Part shown: piece by piece, positions 1 to 15,000 of the stretch | Layout of the letters: every line of letters starts with the position of its first letter | Position numbering within the stretch: position 1 is the first letter of the stretch | Source of the DNA: Monocercomonoides exilis PA203 | Lineage: Eukaryota; Protista; Preaxostyla | Length of the DNA stretch: 64,000 bases | Assembly: GCA_001643675.2 (NCBI GenBank) | Contig: LSRY02000050.1 | Span: 1 to 64,000, forward strand | Direction of reading: 5' to 3' | Notes under the pieces: generated by a model | What the model saw: only the letters and a program-made list of their open reading frames with translations | The model's database searches: none | Told to the model about the DNA's origin: nothing | Made by a program: the position numbers and the translations under genes

Positions 1-3000
1 TCCCACCCAAAAATATCAATGAAATATTTCTCAAAACTTCACCAAGTGATGTGACAATGCAAGAGAGTGTGATGGGAGAGCGTTGCAAGGCGCTCCCACT
101 CTCGACGAGCCGGAAGGAACGCTGCGCGCTGCCCTAGGCCTTTTCCAGTCAATTTCTTATTAACCATTTTCTTTGTTTTTTTTTTGCGGGGCGGAGGGCG
201 CGGTGAGTGGTGTGGCCTGCTGTGCAGCCACAGGAGCCAGGGGCTATTTACACAAATTTTGTAATTTTTGTCGAAAAAGAAGTATTGAGAATAATTGGTG
301 TTGAGTGATATTTCGGGTGAGGGCCTCTCAGAGGGAAAAGCCTTCCCACCCAAAAATATCAATGAAATATTTCTCAAAACTTCACCAAGTGATGTGACAA
401 TGCAAGAGAGTGTGATGGAGAGCGTTGCGCTCCCCACCTCGACGAGCCGGAAGGAACGCGCTGCGCGCTGCCCTAGGCCTTTTCCAGTCAATTTCCTTAT
501 TAACCGAATTTTCTTTGTTTTTTTTTTGCGGGGCGGGGAGGGCGCGTGAGTGGTGTGGCCTGCACAGCAGGCCACAGGAGCCAGGGGGCTATTTACACAA
601 ATTTTGTAATTTTTGTCGAAAAAGAAGTATTGAGAATAATTGGTTTGAGTGATATTTCGGGTGAGAGGGTCAGAGGGAAAAGCCTTCCCACCCAAAATAT
701 CAATGAAATATTTCTCAAAACTTCACCAAGTGATGTGACAATGCAAGAGAGTGTGATGGGGCGTTGCAAGGCTCCCCACTCTCTCGACGAGCCGGAAGGA
801 ACGAAGCTGCGCGCTGCCCTAGGCCTTTTCCAGTCAATTTCCTTATTAACCGAATTTGTTTTTTTTTGCGGGGCGGGGAGGGCGCGGTGAGTGGTGTGGC
901 CTGCACAGGCCACAGGAGCCAGGGGGCTATTTACACAAATTTTGTAATTTTGTCGAAAAGAAGCATTGAGAATAATTGGTGTTGAGTGATATTTCGGGTG
1001 AGAGGGCCTCTCAGGGAAAAGCCTTCCCACCCAAAATATCAATGAAATATTTCTCAAAACTTCACCAAGTGATGTGACAATGCAAGAGAGTGTGAGGAGA
1101 GCGTTGCAAGGCGCCTCACCTCGACGAGCCGGAAGGAACGCGCTGCGCGCTGCCCTAGGCCTTTCCAGTCAATTTCCCTTATTAACCGAATTTTCTTTGT
1201 TTTTTTGCGGGGCGAGGGCGCGGTGAGTGGCCTGCTGCACAGCCACAGGAGCCAGGGGGCTATTTAACAAATTTTGTAATTTTTGTCGAAAAGAAGTATT
1301 GAGAATAATTGTTGAGTGATATTTCGGGTGAGAGGGCCTTCTCAGAGGGAAAAGCCTTCCCACCCAAAAATATCAATGAAATATTTCTCAAAACTTCACC
1401 AAGTGATGTGACAATGCAAGAGAGTGTGATGGGAGAGCGTTGCAAGGCGCTCCCCACCTCGACGAGCCGGAAGGAACGCTGCGCGCTGCCCTAGGCCTTT
1501 TCCAGTCAATTTCCTTATTAACCGAATTTTCTTTGTTTTTTTTTTGCGGGGCGGGGAGGGCAGAGTGGTGTGGCCTGCACAGCAGGCCACAGGAGCCAGG
1601 GGCTATTTTTGCAAATTTTGTAATTTTTGTCGAAAAAGAAGTATTGAGAATAATTGGTGTTGTGATATTTCGGGTGAGAGGGCCTCTCTCAGAGGGAAAA
1701 AGCCTTCCCACCCAAAAATATCAATGAAATATTTCTCAAAACTTCACCAAGTGATGTGACAATGCAAGAGAGTGTGATGGGAGAGCGTTGCAAGGCGCTC
1801 CCACTCTCGACGAGCCGGAAGGAACGAAGCCGCGCGCTGCCCTAGGCCTTTTCCAGTCAACCTTATTAACCGAATTTTCTCGTTTTTTTTTGCGGGGCGG
1901 GAGGGTGTGATGGTGTGGCCTGCTGTGCAGGCCACAGGAGCCAGGGGCTATTTACACAAATTTTGTAATTTTGTCGAAAAGAAGTATTGAGAATAATTGG
2001 TGTTGAGTGATATTTCGGGTGAGAGGGCCTCTCAGAGGGAAAGCCTTCCACCCAAAAATATCAATGAAATATTTCTCAAAACTTCACCAAGTGATGTGAC
2101 AATGCAAGAGAGTGTGATGGAGAGCGGCAAGGCGCTCCCCACTCTCGACGAGCCGGAAGGAACGCTGCGCGCTGCCCTAGGCCTTTTCCAGTCAATTTCC
2201 TTATTAACCGAATTTTCTTTGTTTTTTTTTGCGGGGCGGAGGCGGTGGTGGTGTGGCCTGCACAGCAGGCCACAGGAGCCAGGGGGCTATTTACACAATT
2301 TTGTAATTTTTGTCGAAAAGAAGTATTGAGAATAATTGGTGTTGAGTGATATTTCGGGTGAGAGGGCCTTCTCAGAGGGGAAAAGCCTTCCCACCCAAAA
2401 ATATCAATGAAATATTTCTCAAAACTTCACCAAGTGATGTGACAATGCAAGAGAGTGTGATGGGAGAGGCAAGGCGCTCCCCACTCGACGAGCCGGAAGG
2501 AACGAATGCGCCGCCCTAGGCCTTTTCCAGTCAATTTCCTTATTAACCGAATTTTCTTTGTTTTTTTGCGCGGGAGGGCGTGAGTGGTGTGGCCTGCACA
2601 GCAGGCCACAGGAGCCAGGGGGCTATTTACACAAATTTTGTAATTTTGTCGAAAAGAAGTATTGAGAATAATTGGTGTTGAGTGATATTTCGGGTGAGAG
2701 GGCCTCTCAGAGGGAAAAGCCTTCCCAACCAAAAAAATACTCAATGAAATATTTCTCAAAACTTCACCAAGTGATGTGACAATGCAAGAGAGTGTGATGG
2801 GAGAGCGTTGCAAGGCGCTCCCCACCTCGACGAGCTGGAAGGAACGCGCTGCGCGCTGCCCTAGGCCTCTTCCAAGTCAATTTTATTAACCGAATTTTCT
2901 TTGTTTTTTTTGCGGGGCGGGAGTGGTGAGTGGTGTGGCCTGGCACAAGCAGGCCACAGGAGCCAGGGGGCTTACACAATTTTGTAATTTTTGTCGAAAA

Positions 3001-6000
3001 AGAAGTATTGAGAATAATTGGTGTTGAGTGATATTTCGTGTGAGAGGGCCTCTCAGAGGGAAAGCCTTCCCACCCAAAAATATCAATGAAATATTTCTCA
3101 AAACTTCACCAAGTGATGTGACAATGCAAGAGAGTGTGATGGGAGAGCGTTGCAAGGCGCTCCCCCACTCTCGACGGAAGGAACGCGCTGCGCGCTGCCC
3201 TAGGCCTTTTCCAGTCAATTTCCCTTATTAACCGAATTTTTGTTTTTTTGCGGGGCGGGGAGGGCGCGGTGAAGGTGTGGCCTGCCGTGCAGGCCACAGG
3301 AGCCAGGGGGCTATTTACACAAATTTTGTAATTTTTGTCGAAAAAGAAGTATTGAGAATAATTGGTGTTGAGTGATATTTCGGGTGAGAGGGCCTTCTGA
3401 GGGAAAAGCCTTCCCACCCAAAAATATCAATGAAATATTTCTCAAACTTCACCAAGTGATGTGACAATGCAAGAGAGTGTGATGGAGGTTGTAAGGCGCT
3501 CCCACTCTCGACGAGCCGGAAGGAACGTGCTGCGCGCGCCCAGGCCTTTTCCAGTCAATTTCCCTTTATTAACCGAATTTTCTTTGTTTTTTTTTTGCGG
3601 GGCGGGAGGGCGCGGTGAGTGGTGTGGCCTGCACAGCAGGGCCAGGAGCCAGGGGGCTATTTACACAAATTTTGTAATTTTTGTCGAAAAAGAAGTATTG
3701 AGAATATTGGTGTTGAGTGATATTTCGGGTGAGAGGGCCCTCTCAGAGGGAAAAGCCTTCCCACCCAAAAATATCAATGAAATATTTCTCAAAAACTTCA
3801 CCAAGTGATGTGACAATGAGAGTGATGGAGAGCGTTGCAAGGCGCTCCCACCTCGACGAGCTTTGAAAGGAACGCGCTGCGCGCTGCCCTAGGCCTTTTC
3901 CAGTCAATTTCCTTATTAACCGAATTTCTTTTGTTTTTTTTTGCGGGCGGGGAGGGCGGCAGGTGGTGTGGCCTGCATAGCAGGCCACAGGAGCCAGGGG
4001 GGGCTATTTACACAAATTTTGTAATTTTTGTCGAAAAGAAGCATTGAGAATAATTGGTGTTGAGTGATATTTCGGGTGAGGGCCTTCTCAGAGGGAAAGC
4101 CTTCCCACCCCAAAATATCAATGAAATATTTCTCAAAACTTCACCAAGTGATGTGAGACAATGCAAGAGAGTGTGATGGGAGAGCGTTGCAAGGCGCTCC
4201 CCACTCTCGACGAGCCGGAAGGAACGCTGCGCCGCCCTAGGCCTTTCCAGTCAATTTCCCTTATTAACCGAATTTTCTTTGTTTTTGCGGGGCGGGGAGG
4301 GCGGTGAGTGGTGTGGCCTGCACAGCAGGCCACAGGAGCCAGGGGGCTATTTACACAAATTTTGTAATTTTTGTCGAAAAAGAAGTATTGAGAATAATTG
4401 GTGTTGAGTGATACTAGAGAGGGCCTTCTCAGAGGGAAAAAGCCTCCCACCCAAAAATATCAATGAAATATTTCTCAAAACTTCACCAAGTGATGTGACA
4501 ATGCAAGAGAGTGATGGGAGAGCGTTGCAAGGCGCCCCACTCGACGAGCCGGAAGGAACGCGCTGCGCGCTGCCCTAGGCCTTTTCCAGTCAATTTCCCT
4601 TATTAACCGAATTTTCTTTGTTTTTTTTTTTTGCGGGGCGGGGAGGGCGCGGGGAGGGGTGTCCGCACAGCAGGGCCACAGGAGCCAGGGGGCTATTTAC
4701 ACAAATTTTGTAATTTTTGTCGAAAAAGAAGTTGAGAATAATGTTGAGTGATATTTCTGAGAGGGCCTTCTCGAGGGAAAAAAGCCTTCCACCCAAAAAA
4801 TATCAATGAAATATTTCTCAAAACTTCACCAAGTGATGTGACAATGCAAGAGAGTGTGATGGGAGAGCGTTGCAAGGCGCTCCCCACTCTGAGCGGAAGG
4901 AACGCTGCGCGCTGCCCTAGGCCTTTTCCAGTCAATTTCCTTATTAACCGAATTTTCTTTGTTTTTTTTTTTTGCGGGGCGGGAGGGCGCGGTGGTGTGG
5001 CCTGCACAGCAGGCCACAGGAGCCAGGGGGCTATTTACACAAATTTTGTAATTTTTGTCGAAAAGAAGTATTGAGAATAATTGGTGTTGAGTGATATTTC
5101 GGGTGAGAGGGCCTTCTCAGAGGGAAAAGCCTTCCCACCCAAAAATATCAATGAAATATTTCTCAAAACTTCACCAAGTGATGTGACAATGCAAGAGAGT
5201 GTGATGGAGAGCGTTGCAAGGCGCTCCCACTCGACGAGCTGGAAGGAACGCTGCGCGCTGCCCTAGGCCTTTTCCAGTCAATTTCCCTTATTAACCGAAT
5301 TTTCTTTGTTTTTTTGCGGGGCGGGGAGGGCGCGGTGAGTGGTGTGGCCTGCACAGCAGGCCACAGGAGCCAGGGGGCTATTTACACAAATTTTGTAATT
5401 TTTGTCGAAAAGAAGTATTGAGAATAATTGGTGTTGAGTGATATTTCGGGTGAGAGGGCCTTCTCAGGGAAAGCCTTCCCACCCAAAAATATCAATGAAA
5501 TATTTCTCAAAACTTCACCAAGTGATGTGTAATGCAATGCAGAGTGTGATGGGAGAGCGTTGCAAGGCGCTCCCCACCTCGACGAGCCGGAAGGAACGCG
5601 CGCTGCCCTAGGCCTTTTCCAGTCAATTTCCCTTATTAACCGAATTTTCTTTGTTTTTTTGCGGGGCGGGGAGGGGCGGTGAGTGGTGTGGCCTGCACAG
5701 CAGGCCACAGGAGCCAGGGGGCTATTTACACAAATTTTGTAATTTTTTGTCGAAAAAGAAGTATTGAGAATAATTGGTGTTGAGTGATATTTCGGGTGAG
5801 AGGGCCTTCTCAGAGGAAAAGCCTTCCCACCCAAAATATCAATGAAATATTTCTCAAAACTTCACCAAGTGATGTGACAATGCAAGAGAGTGTGATGGGA
5901 GAGCGTTGCAAGGCGCTCCCCACTCGACGAGCCGGAACGCGCTGCGCGCTGCCCTAGGCCTTTCCAGTCAATTTCCCTTATTAACCGAATTTTCTTTGTT

Positions 6001-9000
6001 TTTTTTTTTGCGGGGAGGGCGCGGGGAGGTGTGGCCTGCACAGCAGGCCACAGGAGCCAGGGGGCTATTTACACAAATTTTGTAATTTTTGTCGAAAAAG
6101 AAGTATTGAGAATAATTGGTGTTGAGTGATATTTCGGGTGAGAGGGCCTTCTCAGAGGGAAAAAGCCTTCCCACCCAAAAATATCAATGAAATATTTCTC
6201 AAAACTTCACCAAGTGATGTGACAATGCAAGAGAGTGTGATGGAGAGCGTTGCAAGGCGCTCCCCACTCGACGAGCCGGAAGGAACGCTGCGCGCTGCCC
6301 TAGGCCTTTTCCAGTCAATTTCCTTATTAACCGAATTTTCTTTGTTTTTTTTTTGCGGGGCGGGGAGGGCGCGGTAGTGTGGCCTGCAGGCCACAGGAGC
6401 CAGGGGGCTATTTACACAAATTTTGTAATTTTTGTCGAAAAAGAAGTATTGAGAATAATTGGTGTTGAGTGATATTTCGGGTGAGAGGGCCTTCTCAGAG
6501 GGAAAAGCCTTCCCACCCAAAAATATCAATGAAATATTTCTCAAACTTCACCAAGTGATGTGACAATGCAAGAGAGTGTGATGGGAGAGCGTTGCAAGGC
6601 GCTCCCCACTCTCGACGAGCCGGAAGGAACGCGCTGCGCGCTGCCCTAGGCCTTTTCCAGTCAATTTCCCTTATTAACCGAATTTTCTTTGTTTTTTTGC
6701 GGGGCGGGGAGGGCGCGGTGAGGTGTGGCCTGCACAGCAGGCCACAGAGCTCAGGGGGCTATTTACACAAATTTTGTAATTTTTGTCGAAAGAAGTATTG
6801 AGAATAATTGGTGTTGAGTGATATTTCGGGTGAGAGGGCCTTCTCAGAGGAAAAAGCCTTCCCACCCAAAAATATCAATGAAATATTTCTCAAAACTTCA
6901 CCAAGTGATGTGACAATGCAAGAGAGTGTGATGGGAGAGCGTTGCAAGGCGCTCCCCACTCGACGAGCCGGAAGGAACGCGCTGCGCGCTGCCCTAGGCC
7001 TTTTCCAGTCAATTTCCCTTATTAACCGAATTTTCTTTGTTTTTTTTGCGGGGCGGGGAGGGCGCGGTGAGTGGTGTGGCCTGCACAGCAGGCCACAGGA
7101 GCCAGGGGGCTATTTACACAAATTTTGTAATTTTTGTCGAAAAGAAGTATTGAGAATAATTGGTGTTGAGTGATATTTCGGGTGAGAGGGCCTTCTCAGA
7201 GGGAAAAGCCTTCCCACCCAAAAATATCAATGAAATATTTCTCAAAACTTCACCAAGTGATGTGACAATGCAAGAGAGTGTGATGGGAGAGCGTTGCAAG
7301 GCGCTCCCCACTCGACGAGCCGGAAGGAACGCGCTGCGCGCTGCCCTAGGCCAGTCAATTTCCCTTATTAACCGAATTTTCTTTGTTTTTTTGCGGGGCG
7401 GGGAGGGCGCGGTGGTGGTGTGGCCTGCTGCAGGCCACAGGAGCCAGGGGGCTATTTACACAAATTTTGTAATTTTTGTCGAAAAGAAGTATTGAGAATA
7501 ATTGGTGTTGAGTGATATTTCGGGTGAGAGGGCCTTCTCAGAGGAAAAGCCTTCCCACCCAAAAATATCAATGAAATATTTCTCAAAACTTCACCAAGTG
7601 ATGTGACAATGCAAGAGAGTGTGATGGGAGAGCGTTGCAAGGCGCTCCCCACTCTCGACGAGCCGGAAGGAACGCGCTGCGCGCTGCCCTAGGCCTTTTC
7701 CAGTCAATTTCCCTTATTAACCGAATTTTCTTTGTTTTTTTGCGGGGCGGGGAGGGCGCGGTGAGTGGTGTGGCCTGCTGTGTAGCAGGCCACAGACAGG
7801 GGGCTATTTACACAAATTTTGTAATTTTTGTCGAAAAGAAGTATTGAGAATAATTGGTGTTGAGTGATATTTCGGGTGAGAGGGCCTTCTCAGAGGGAAA
7901 AGCCTTCCCACCCAAAAATATCAATGAAATATTTCTCAAAACTTCACCAAGTGATGTGACAATGCAAGAGAGTGTGATGGGAGAGCGTTGCAAGGCGCTC
8001 CCCACTCTCGACGAGCCGGAAGGAACGCTGCGCGCTGCCCTAGGCCTTTTCCAGTCAATTTCCCTTATTAACCGAATTTTCTTTGTTTTTGCGGGGCGGG
8101 GAGGGCGCGGTGAGTGGTGTGGCCTGCACAGCAGGCCACAGGAGCCAGGGGGCTATTTACACAAATTTTGTAATTTTTGTCGAAAAGAAGTATTGAGAAT
8201 AATTGGTGTTGAGTGATATTTCGGGTGAGAGGGCCTTCTCAGAGGAAAAAGCCTTCCCACCCAAAAATATCAATGAAATATTTCTCAAAACTTCACCAAG
8301 TGATGTGACAATGCAAGAGAGTGTGATGGGAGAGCGTTGCAAGGCGCTCCCCACTCGACGAGCCGGAAGGAACGCGCTGCGCGCTGCCCTAGGCCTTTTC
8401 CAGTCAATTTCCCTTATTAACCGAATTTTCTTTGTTTTTTTTGCGGGGCGGGGAGGGCGCGGTGAGTGGTGTGGCCTGCTGTGCAGGCCACAGGAGCCAG
8501 GGGGCTATTTACACAAATTTTGTAATTTTTGTCGAAAAAGAAGTATTGAGAATAATTGGTGTTGAGTGATATTTCGGGTGAGAGGGCCTTCTCAGAGGAA
8601 AAAGCCTTCCCACCCAAAAATATCAATGAAATATTTCTCAAAACTTCACCAAGTGATGTGACAATGCAAGAGAGTGTGATGGGAGAGCGTTGCAAGGCGC
8701 TCCCCACTCTCGACGAGCCGGAAGGAACGCGCTGCGCGCTGCCCTAGGCCTTTTCCAGTCAATTTCCCTTATTAACCGAATTTTCTTTGTTTTTTTGCGG
8801 GGCGGGGAGGGCGCGGTGAGTGGTGTGGCCTGCTGTGCAGGCCACAGGAGCCAGGGGGCTATTTACACAAATTTTGTAATTTTTGTCGAAAAGAAGTATT
8901 GAGAATAATTGGTGTTGAGTGATATTTCGGGTGAGAGGGCCTTCTCAGAGGGAAAAAGCCTTCCCACCCAAAAATATCAATGAAATATTTCTCAAAACTT

Positions 9001-12000
9001 CACCAAGTGATGTGACAATGCAAGAGAGTGTGATGGGAGAGCGTTGCAAGGCGCTCCCCACTCCTCGACGAGCCGGAAGGAACGCGCTGCGCGCTGCCCT
9101 AGGCCTTTTCCAGTCAATTTCCCTTATTAACCGAATTTTCTTTGTTTTTTTTTTTTGCGGGGCGGGGAGGGCGCGGTGAGTGGTGTGGCCTGCTGTGCAG
9201 GCCACAGGAGCCAGGGGGCTATTTACACAAATTTTGTAATTTTTGTCGAAAAGAAGTATTGAGAATAATTGGTGTTGAGTGATATTTCGGGTGAGAGGGC
9301 CTTCTCAGAGGGAAAAAAGCCTTCCCACCCAAAAATATCAATGAAATATTTCTCAAAACTTCACCAAGTGATGTGACAATGCAAGAGAGTGTGATGGGAG
9401 AGCGTTGCAAGGCGCTCCCCACTCTCGACGAGCCGGAAGGAACGCGCTGCGCGCTGCCCTAGGCCTTTTCCAGTCAATTTCCTTATTAACCGAATTTTCT
9501 TTGTTTTTTTGCGGGGCGGGGAGGGCGCGGTGAGTGGTGTGGCCTGCTGTGCAGGCCACAGGAGCCAGGGGGCTATTTACACAAATTTTGTAATTTTTGT
9601 CGAAAAAGAAGTATTGAGAATAATTGGTGTTGAGTGATATTTCGGGTGAGAGGGCCTTCTCAGAGGGAAAAGCCTTCCCACCCAAAAATATCAATGAAAT
9701 ATTTCTCAAAACTTCACCAAGTGATGTGACAATGCAAGAGAGTGTGATGGGAGAGCGTTGCAAGGCGCTCCCCACTCGACGAGCCGGAAGGAACGCTGCG
9801 CGCTGCCCTAGGCCTTTTCCAGTCAATTTCCCTTATTAACCGAATTTTCTTTGTTTTTTGCGGGGCGGGGAGGGCGCGGTGAGTGGTGTGGCCTGCTGCA
9901 GGCCACAGGAGCCAGGGGGCTATTTACACAAATTTTGTAATTTTTGTCGAAAAAGAAGTATTGAGAATAATTGGTGTTGAGTGATATTTCGGGTGAGAGG
10001 GCCTTCTCAGAGGAAAAAGCCTTCCCACCCAAAAATATCAATGAAATATTTCTCAAAACTTCACCAAGTGATGTGACAATGCAAGAGAGTGTGATGGGAG
10101 AGCGTTGCAAGGCGCTCCCCACTCTCGACGAGCCGGAAGGAACGCGCTGCGCGCTGCCCTAGGCCTTTTCCAGTCAATTTCCCTTATTAACCGAATTTTC
10201 TTTGTTTTTTGCGGGGCGGGGAGGGCGCGGTGAGTGGTGTGGCCTGCTGTGCAGGCCACAGGAGCCAGGGGGCTATTTACACAAATTTTGTAATTTTTGT
10301 CGAAAAAGAAGTATTGAGAATAATTGGTGTTGAGTGATATTTCGGGTGAGAGGGCCTTCTCAGAGGAAAAAGCCTTCCCACCCAAAAATATCAATGAAAT
10401 ATTTCTCAAAACTTCACCAAGTGATGTGACAATGCAAGAGAGTGTGATGGGAGAGCGTTGCAAGGCGCTCCCCACTCTCGACGAGCCGGAAGGAACGCGC
10501 TGCGCGCTGCCCTAGGCCTTTTCCAGTCAATTTCCCTTATTAACCGAATTTTCTTTTGTTTTTTTTTTTTGCGCGGGAGGGGCGCGGTGAGTGGTGTGGC
10601 CTGCTGTGCAGGCCACAGGAGCCAGGGGGCTATTTACACAAATTTTGTAATTTTTGTCGAAAAAGAAGTATTGAGAATAATTGGTGTTGAGTGATATTTC
10701 GGGTGAGAGGGCCTTCTCAGAGGGAAAAGCCTTCCCACCCAAAAATATCAATGAAATATTTCTCAAAACTTCACCAAGTGATGTGACAATGCAAGAGAGT
10801 GTGATGGGAGAGCGTTGCAAGGCGCTCCCCACTCTCGACGAGCCGGAAGGAACGCTGCGCGCTGCCCTAGGCCTTTTCCAGTCAATTTCCCTTATTAACC
10901 GAATTTTCTTTGTTTTTTTTGCGGGGCGGGGAGGGCGCGGTGAGTGGTGTGGCCTGCTGTGCAGGCCACAGGAGCCAGGGGCTATTTACACAAATTTTGT
11001 AATTTTTGTCGAAAAGAAGTATTGAGAATAATTGGTGTTGAGTGATATTTCGGGTGAGAGGGCCTTCTCAGAGGGAAAAGCCTTCCCACCCAAAAATATC
11101 AATGAAATATTTCTCAAAACTTCACCAAGTGATGTGACAATGCAAGAGAGTGTGATGGGAGAGCGTTGCAAGGCGCTCCCACTCTCGACGAGCCGGAAGG
11201 AACGCGCTGCGCGCTGCCCTAGGCCTTTTCCAGTCAATTTCCCTTATTAACCGAATTTTCTTTGTTTTTTTGCGGGGCGGGGAGGGCGCGGTGAGTGGTG
11301 TGGCCTGCTGTGCAGGCCACAGGAGCCAGGGGGCTATTTACACAAATTTTGTAATTTTTGTCGAAAAAGAAGTATTGAGAATAATTGGTGTTGAGTGATA
11401 TTTCGGGTGAGAGGGCCTTCTCAGAGGGAAAAAGCCTTCCCACCCAAAAATATCAATGAAATATTTCTCAAAACTTCACCAAGTGATGTGACAATGCAAG
11501 AGAGTGTGATGGGAGAGCGTTGCAAGGCGCTCCCCACTCTCGACGAGCCGGAAGGAACGCGCTGCGCGCTGCCCTAGGCCTTTTCCAGTCAATTTCCCTT
11601 ATTAACCGAATTTTCTTTGTTTTTTTGCGGGGCGGGGAGGGCGCGGTGAGTGGTGTGGCCTGCTGTGCAGGCCACAGGAGCTCAGGGGGCTATTTACACA
11701 AATTTTGTAATTTTTGTCGAAAAAGAAGTATTGAGAATAATTGGTGTTGAGTGATATTTCGGGTGAGAGGGCCTTCTCAGAGGGAAAAGCCTTCCCACCC
11801 AAAAATATCAATGAAATATTTCTCAAAACTTCACCAAGTGATGTGACAATGCAAGAGAGTGTGATGGGAGAGCGTTGCAAGGCGCTCCCCACTCTCGACG
11901 AGCCGGAAGGAACGCGCTGCGCGCTGCCCTAGGCCTTTTCCAGTCAATTTCCCTTATTAACCGAATTTTCTTTGTTTTTTGCGGGGCGGGGAGGGCGCGG

Positions 12001-15000
12001 TGAGTGGTGTGGCCTGCTGTGCAGGCCACAGGAGCTCAGGGGGCTATTTACACAAATTTTGTAATTTTTGTCGAAAAGAAGTATTGAGAATAATTGGTGT
12101 TGAGTGATATTTCGGGTGAGAGGGCCTTCTCAGAGGAAAAAGCCTTCCCACCCAAAAATATCAATGAAATATTTCTCAAAACTTCACCAAGTGATGTGAC
12201 AATGCAAGAGAGTGTGATGGGAGAGCGTTGCAAGGCGCTCCCCACTCTCGACGAGCCGGAAGGAACGCTGCGCGCTGCCCTAGGCCTTTTCCAGTCAATT
12301 TCCCTTATTAACCGAATTTTCTTTGTTTTTTTTGCGGGGCGGGGAGGGCGCGGTGAGTGGTGTGGCCTGCTGTGCAGGCCACAGGAGCCAGGGGGCTATT
12401 TACACAAATTTTGTAATTTTTGTCGAAAAAGAAGTATTGAGAATAATTGGTGTTGAGTGATATTTCGGGTGAGAGGGCCTTCTCAGAGGGAAAAAGCCTT
12501 CCCACCCAAAAATATCAATGAAATATTTCTCAAAACTTCACCAAGTGATGTGACAATGCAAGAGAGTGTGATGGGAGAGCGTTGCAAGGCGCTCCCCACT
12601 CTCGACGAGCCGGAAGGAACGCGCTGCGCGCTGCCCTAGGCCTTTTCCAGTCAATTTCCTTATTAACCGAATTTTCTTTGTTTTTTTGCGGGGCGGGGAG
12701 GGCGCGGTGAGTGGTGTGGCCTGCTGTGCAGGCCACAGGAGCTCAGGGGGCTATTTACACAAATTTTGTAATTTTTGTCGAAAAAGAAGTATTGAGAATA
12801 ATTGGTGTTGAGTGATATTTCGGGTGAGAGGGCCTTCTCAGAGGGAAAAGCCTTCCCACCCAAAAATATCAATGAAATATTTCTCAAAACTTCACCAAGT
12901 GATGTGACAATGCAAGAGAGTGTGATGGGAGAGCGTTGCAAGGCGCTCCCCACTCTCGACGAGCCGGAAGGAACGCGCTGCGCGCTGCCCTAGGCCTTTT
13001 CCAGTCAATTTCCCTTATTAACCGAATTTTCTTTGTTTTTTTTTTTTGCGGGGCGGGGAGGGCGCGGTGAGTGGTGTGGCCTGCTGTGCAGGCCACAGGA
13101 GCTCAGGGGGCTATTTACACAAATTTTGTAATTTTTGTCGAAAAAGAAGTATTGAGAATAATTGGTGTTGAGTGATATTTCGGGTGAGAGGGCCTTCTCA
13201 GAGGGAAAAGCCTTCCCACCCAAAAATATCAATGAAATATTTCTCAAAACTTCACCAAGTGATGTGACAATGCAAGAGAGTGTGATGGGAGAGCGTTGCA
13301 AGGCGCTCCCCACTCTCGACGAGCCGGAAGGAACGCGCTGCGCGCTGCCCTAGGCCTTTTCCAGTCAATTTCCCTTATTAACCGAATTTTCTTTGTTTTT
13401 TTGCGGGGCGGGGAGGGCGCGGTGAGTGGTGTGGCCTGCTGCAGGCCACAGGAGCTCAGGGGGCTATTTACACAAATTTTGTAATTTTTGTCGAAAAAGA
13501 AGTATTGAGAATAATTGGTGTTGAGTGATATTTCGGGTGAGAGGGCCTTCTCAGAGGGAAAAAGCCTTCCCACCCAAAAATATCAATGAAATATTTCTCA
13601 AAACTTCACCAAGTGATGTGACAATGCAAGAGAGTGTGATGGGAGAGCGTTGCAAGGCGCTCCCCACTCTCGACGAGCCGGAAGGAACGCGCTGCGCGCT
13701 GCCCTAGGCCTTTTCCAGTCAATTTCCCTTATTAACCGAATTTTCTTTGTTTTTTTGCGGGGCGGGGAGGGCGCGGTGAGTGGTGTGGCCTGCTGTGCAG
13801 GCCACAGGAGCCAGGGGGCTATTTACACAAATTTTGTAATTTTTGTCGAAAAGAAGTATTGAGAATAATTGGTGTTGAGTGATATTTCGGGTGAGAGGGC
13901 CTTCTCAGAGGGAAAAGCCTTCCCACCCAAAAATATCAATGAAATATTTCTCAAAACTTCACCAAGTGATGTGACAATGCAAGAGAGTGTGATGGGAGAG
14001 CGTTGCAAGGCGCTCCCCACTCTCGACGAGCCGGAAGGAACGCGCTGCGCGCTGCCCTAGGCCTTTTCCAGTCAATTTCCCTTATTAACCGAATTTTCTT
14101 TGTTTTTTTGCGGGGCGGGGAGGGCGCGGTGAGTGGTGTGGCCTGCTGTGCAGGCCACAGGAGCTCAGGGGCTATTTACACAAATTTTGTAATTTTTGTC
14201 GAAAAAGAAGTATTGAGAATAATTGGTGTTGAGTGATATTTCGGGTGAGAGGGCCTTCTCAGAGGGAAAAAGCCTTCCCACCCAAAAATATCAATGAAAT
14301 ATTTCTCAAAACTTCACCAAGTGATGTGACAATGCAAGAGAGTGTGATGGGAGAGCGTTGCAAGGCGCTCCCCACTCTCGACGAGCCGGAAGGAACGCGC
14401 TGCGCGCTGCCCTAGGCCTTTTCCAGTCAATTTCCCTTATTAACCGAATTTTCTTTGTTTTTTTTTGCGGGGCGGGGAGGGCGCGGTGAGTGGTGTGGCC
14501 TGCTGTGCAGGCCACAGGAGCCAGGGGGCTATTTACACAAATTTTGTAATTTTTGTCGAAAAGAAGTATTGAGAATAATTGGTGTTGAGTGATATTTCGG
14601 GTGAGAGGGCCTTCTCAGAGGGAAAAGCCTTCCCACCCAAAAATATCAATGAAATATTTCTCAAAACTTCACCAAGTGATGTGACAATGCAAGAGAGTGT
14701 GATGGGAGAGCGTTGCAAGGCGCTCCCCACTCTCGACGAGCCGGAAGGAACGCGCTGCGCGCTGCCCTAGGCCTTTTCCAGTCAATTTCCCTTATTAACC
14801 GAATTTTCTTTGTTTTTTTGCGGGGCGGGGAGGGCGCGGTGAGTGGTGTGGCCTGCTGTGCAGGCCACAGGAGCTCAGGGGCTATTTACACAAATTTTGT
14901 AATTTTTGTCGAAAAAGAAGTATTGAGAATAATTGGTGTTGAGTGATATTTCGGGTGAGAGGGCCTTCTCAGAGGGAAAAAGCCTTCCCACCCAAAAATA

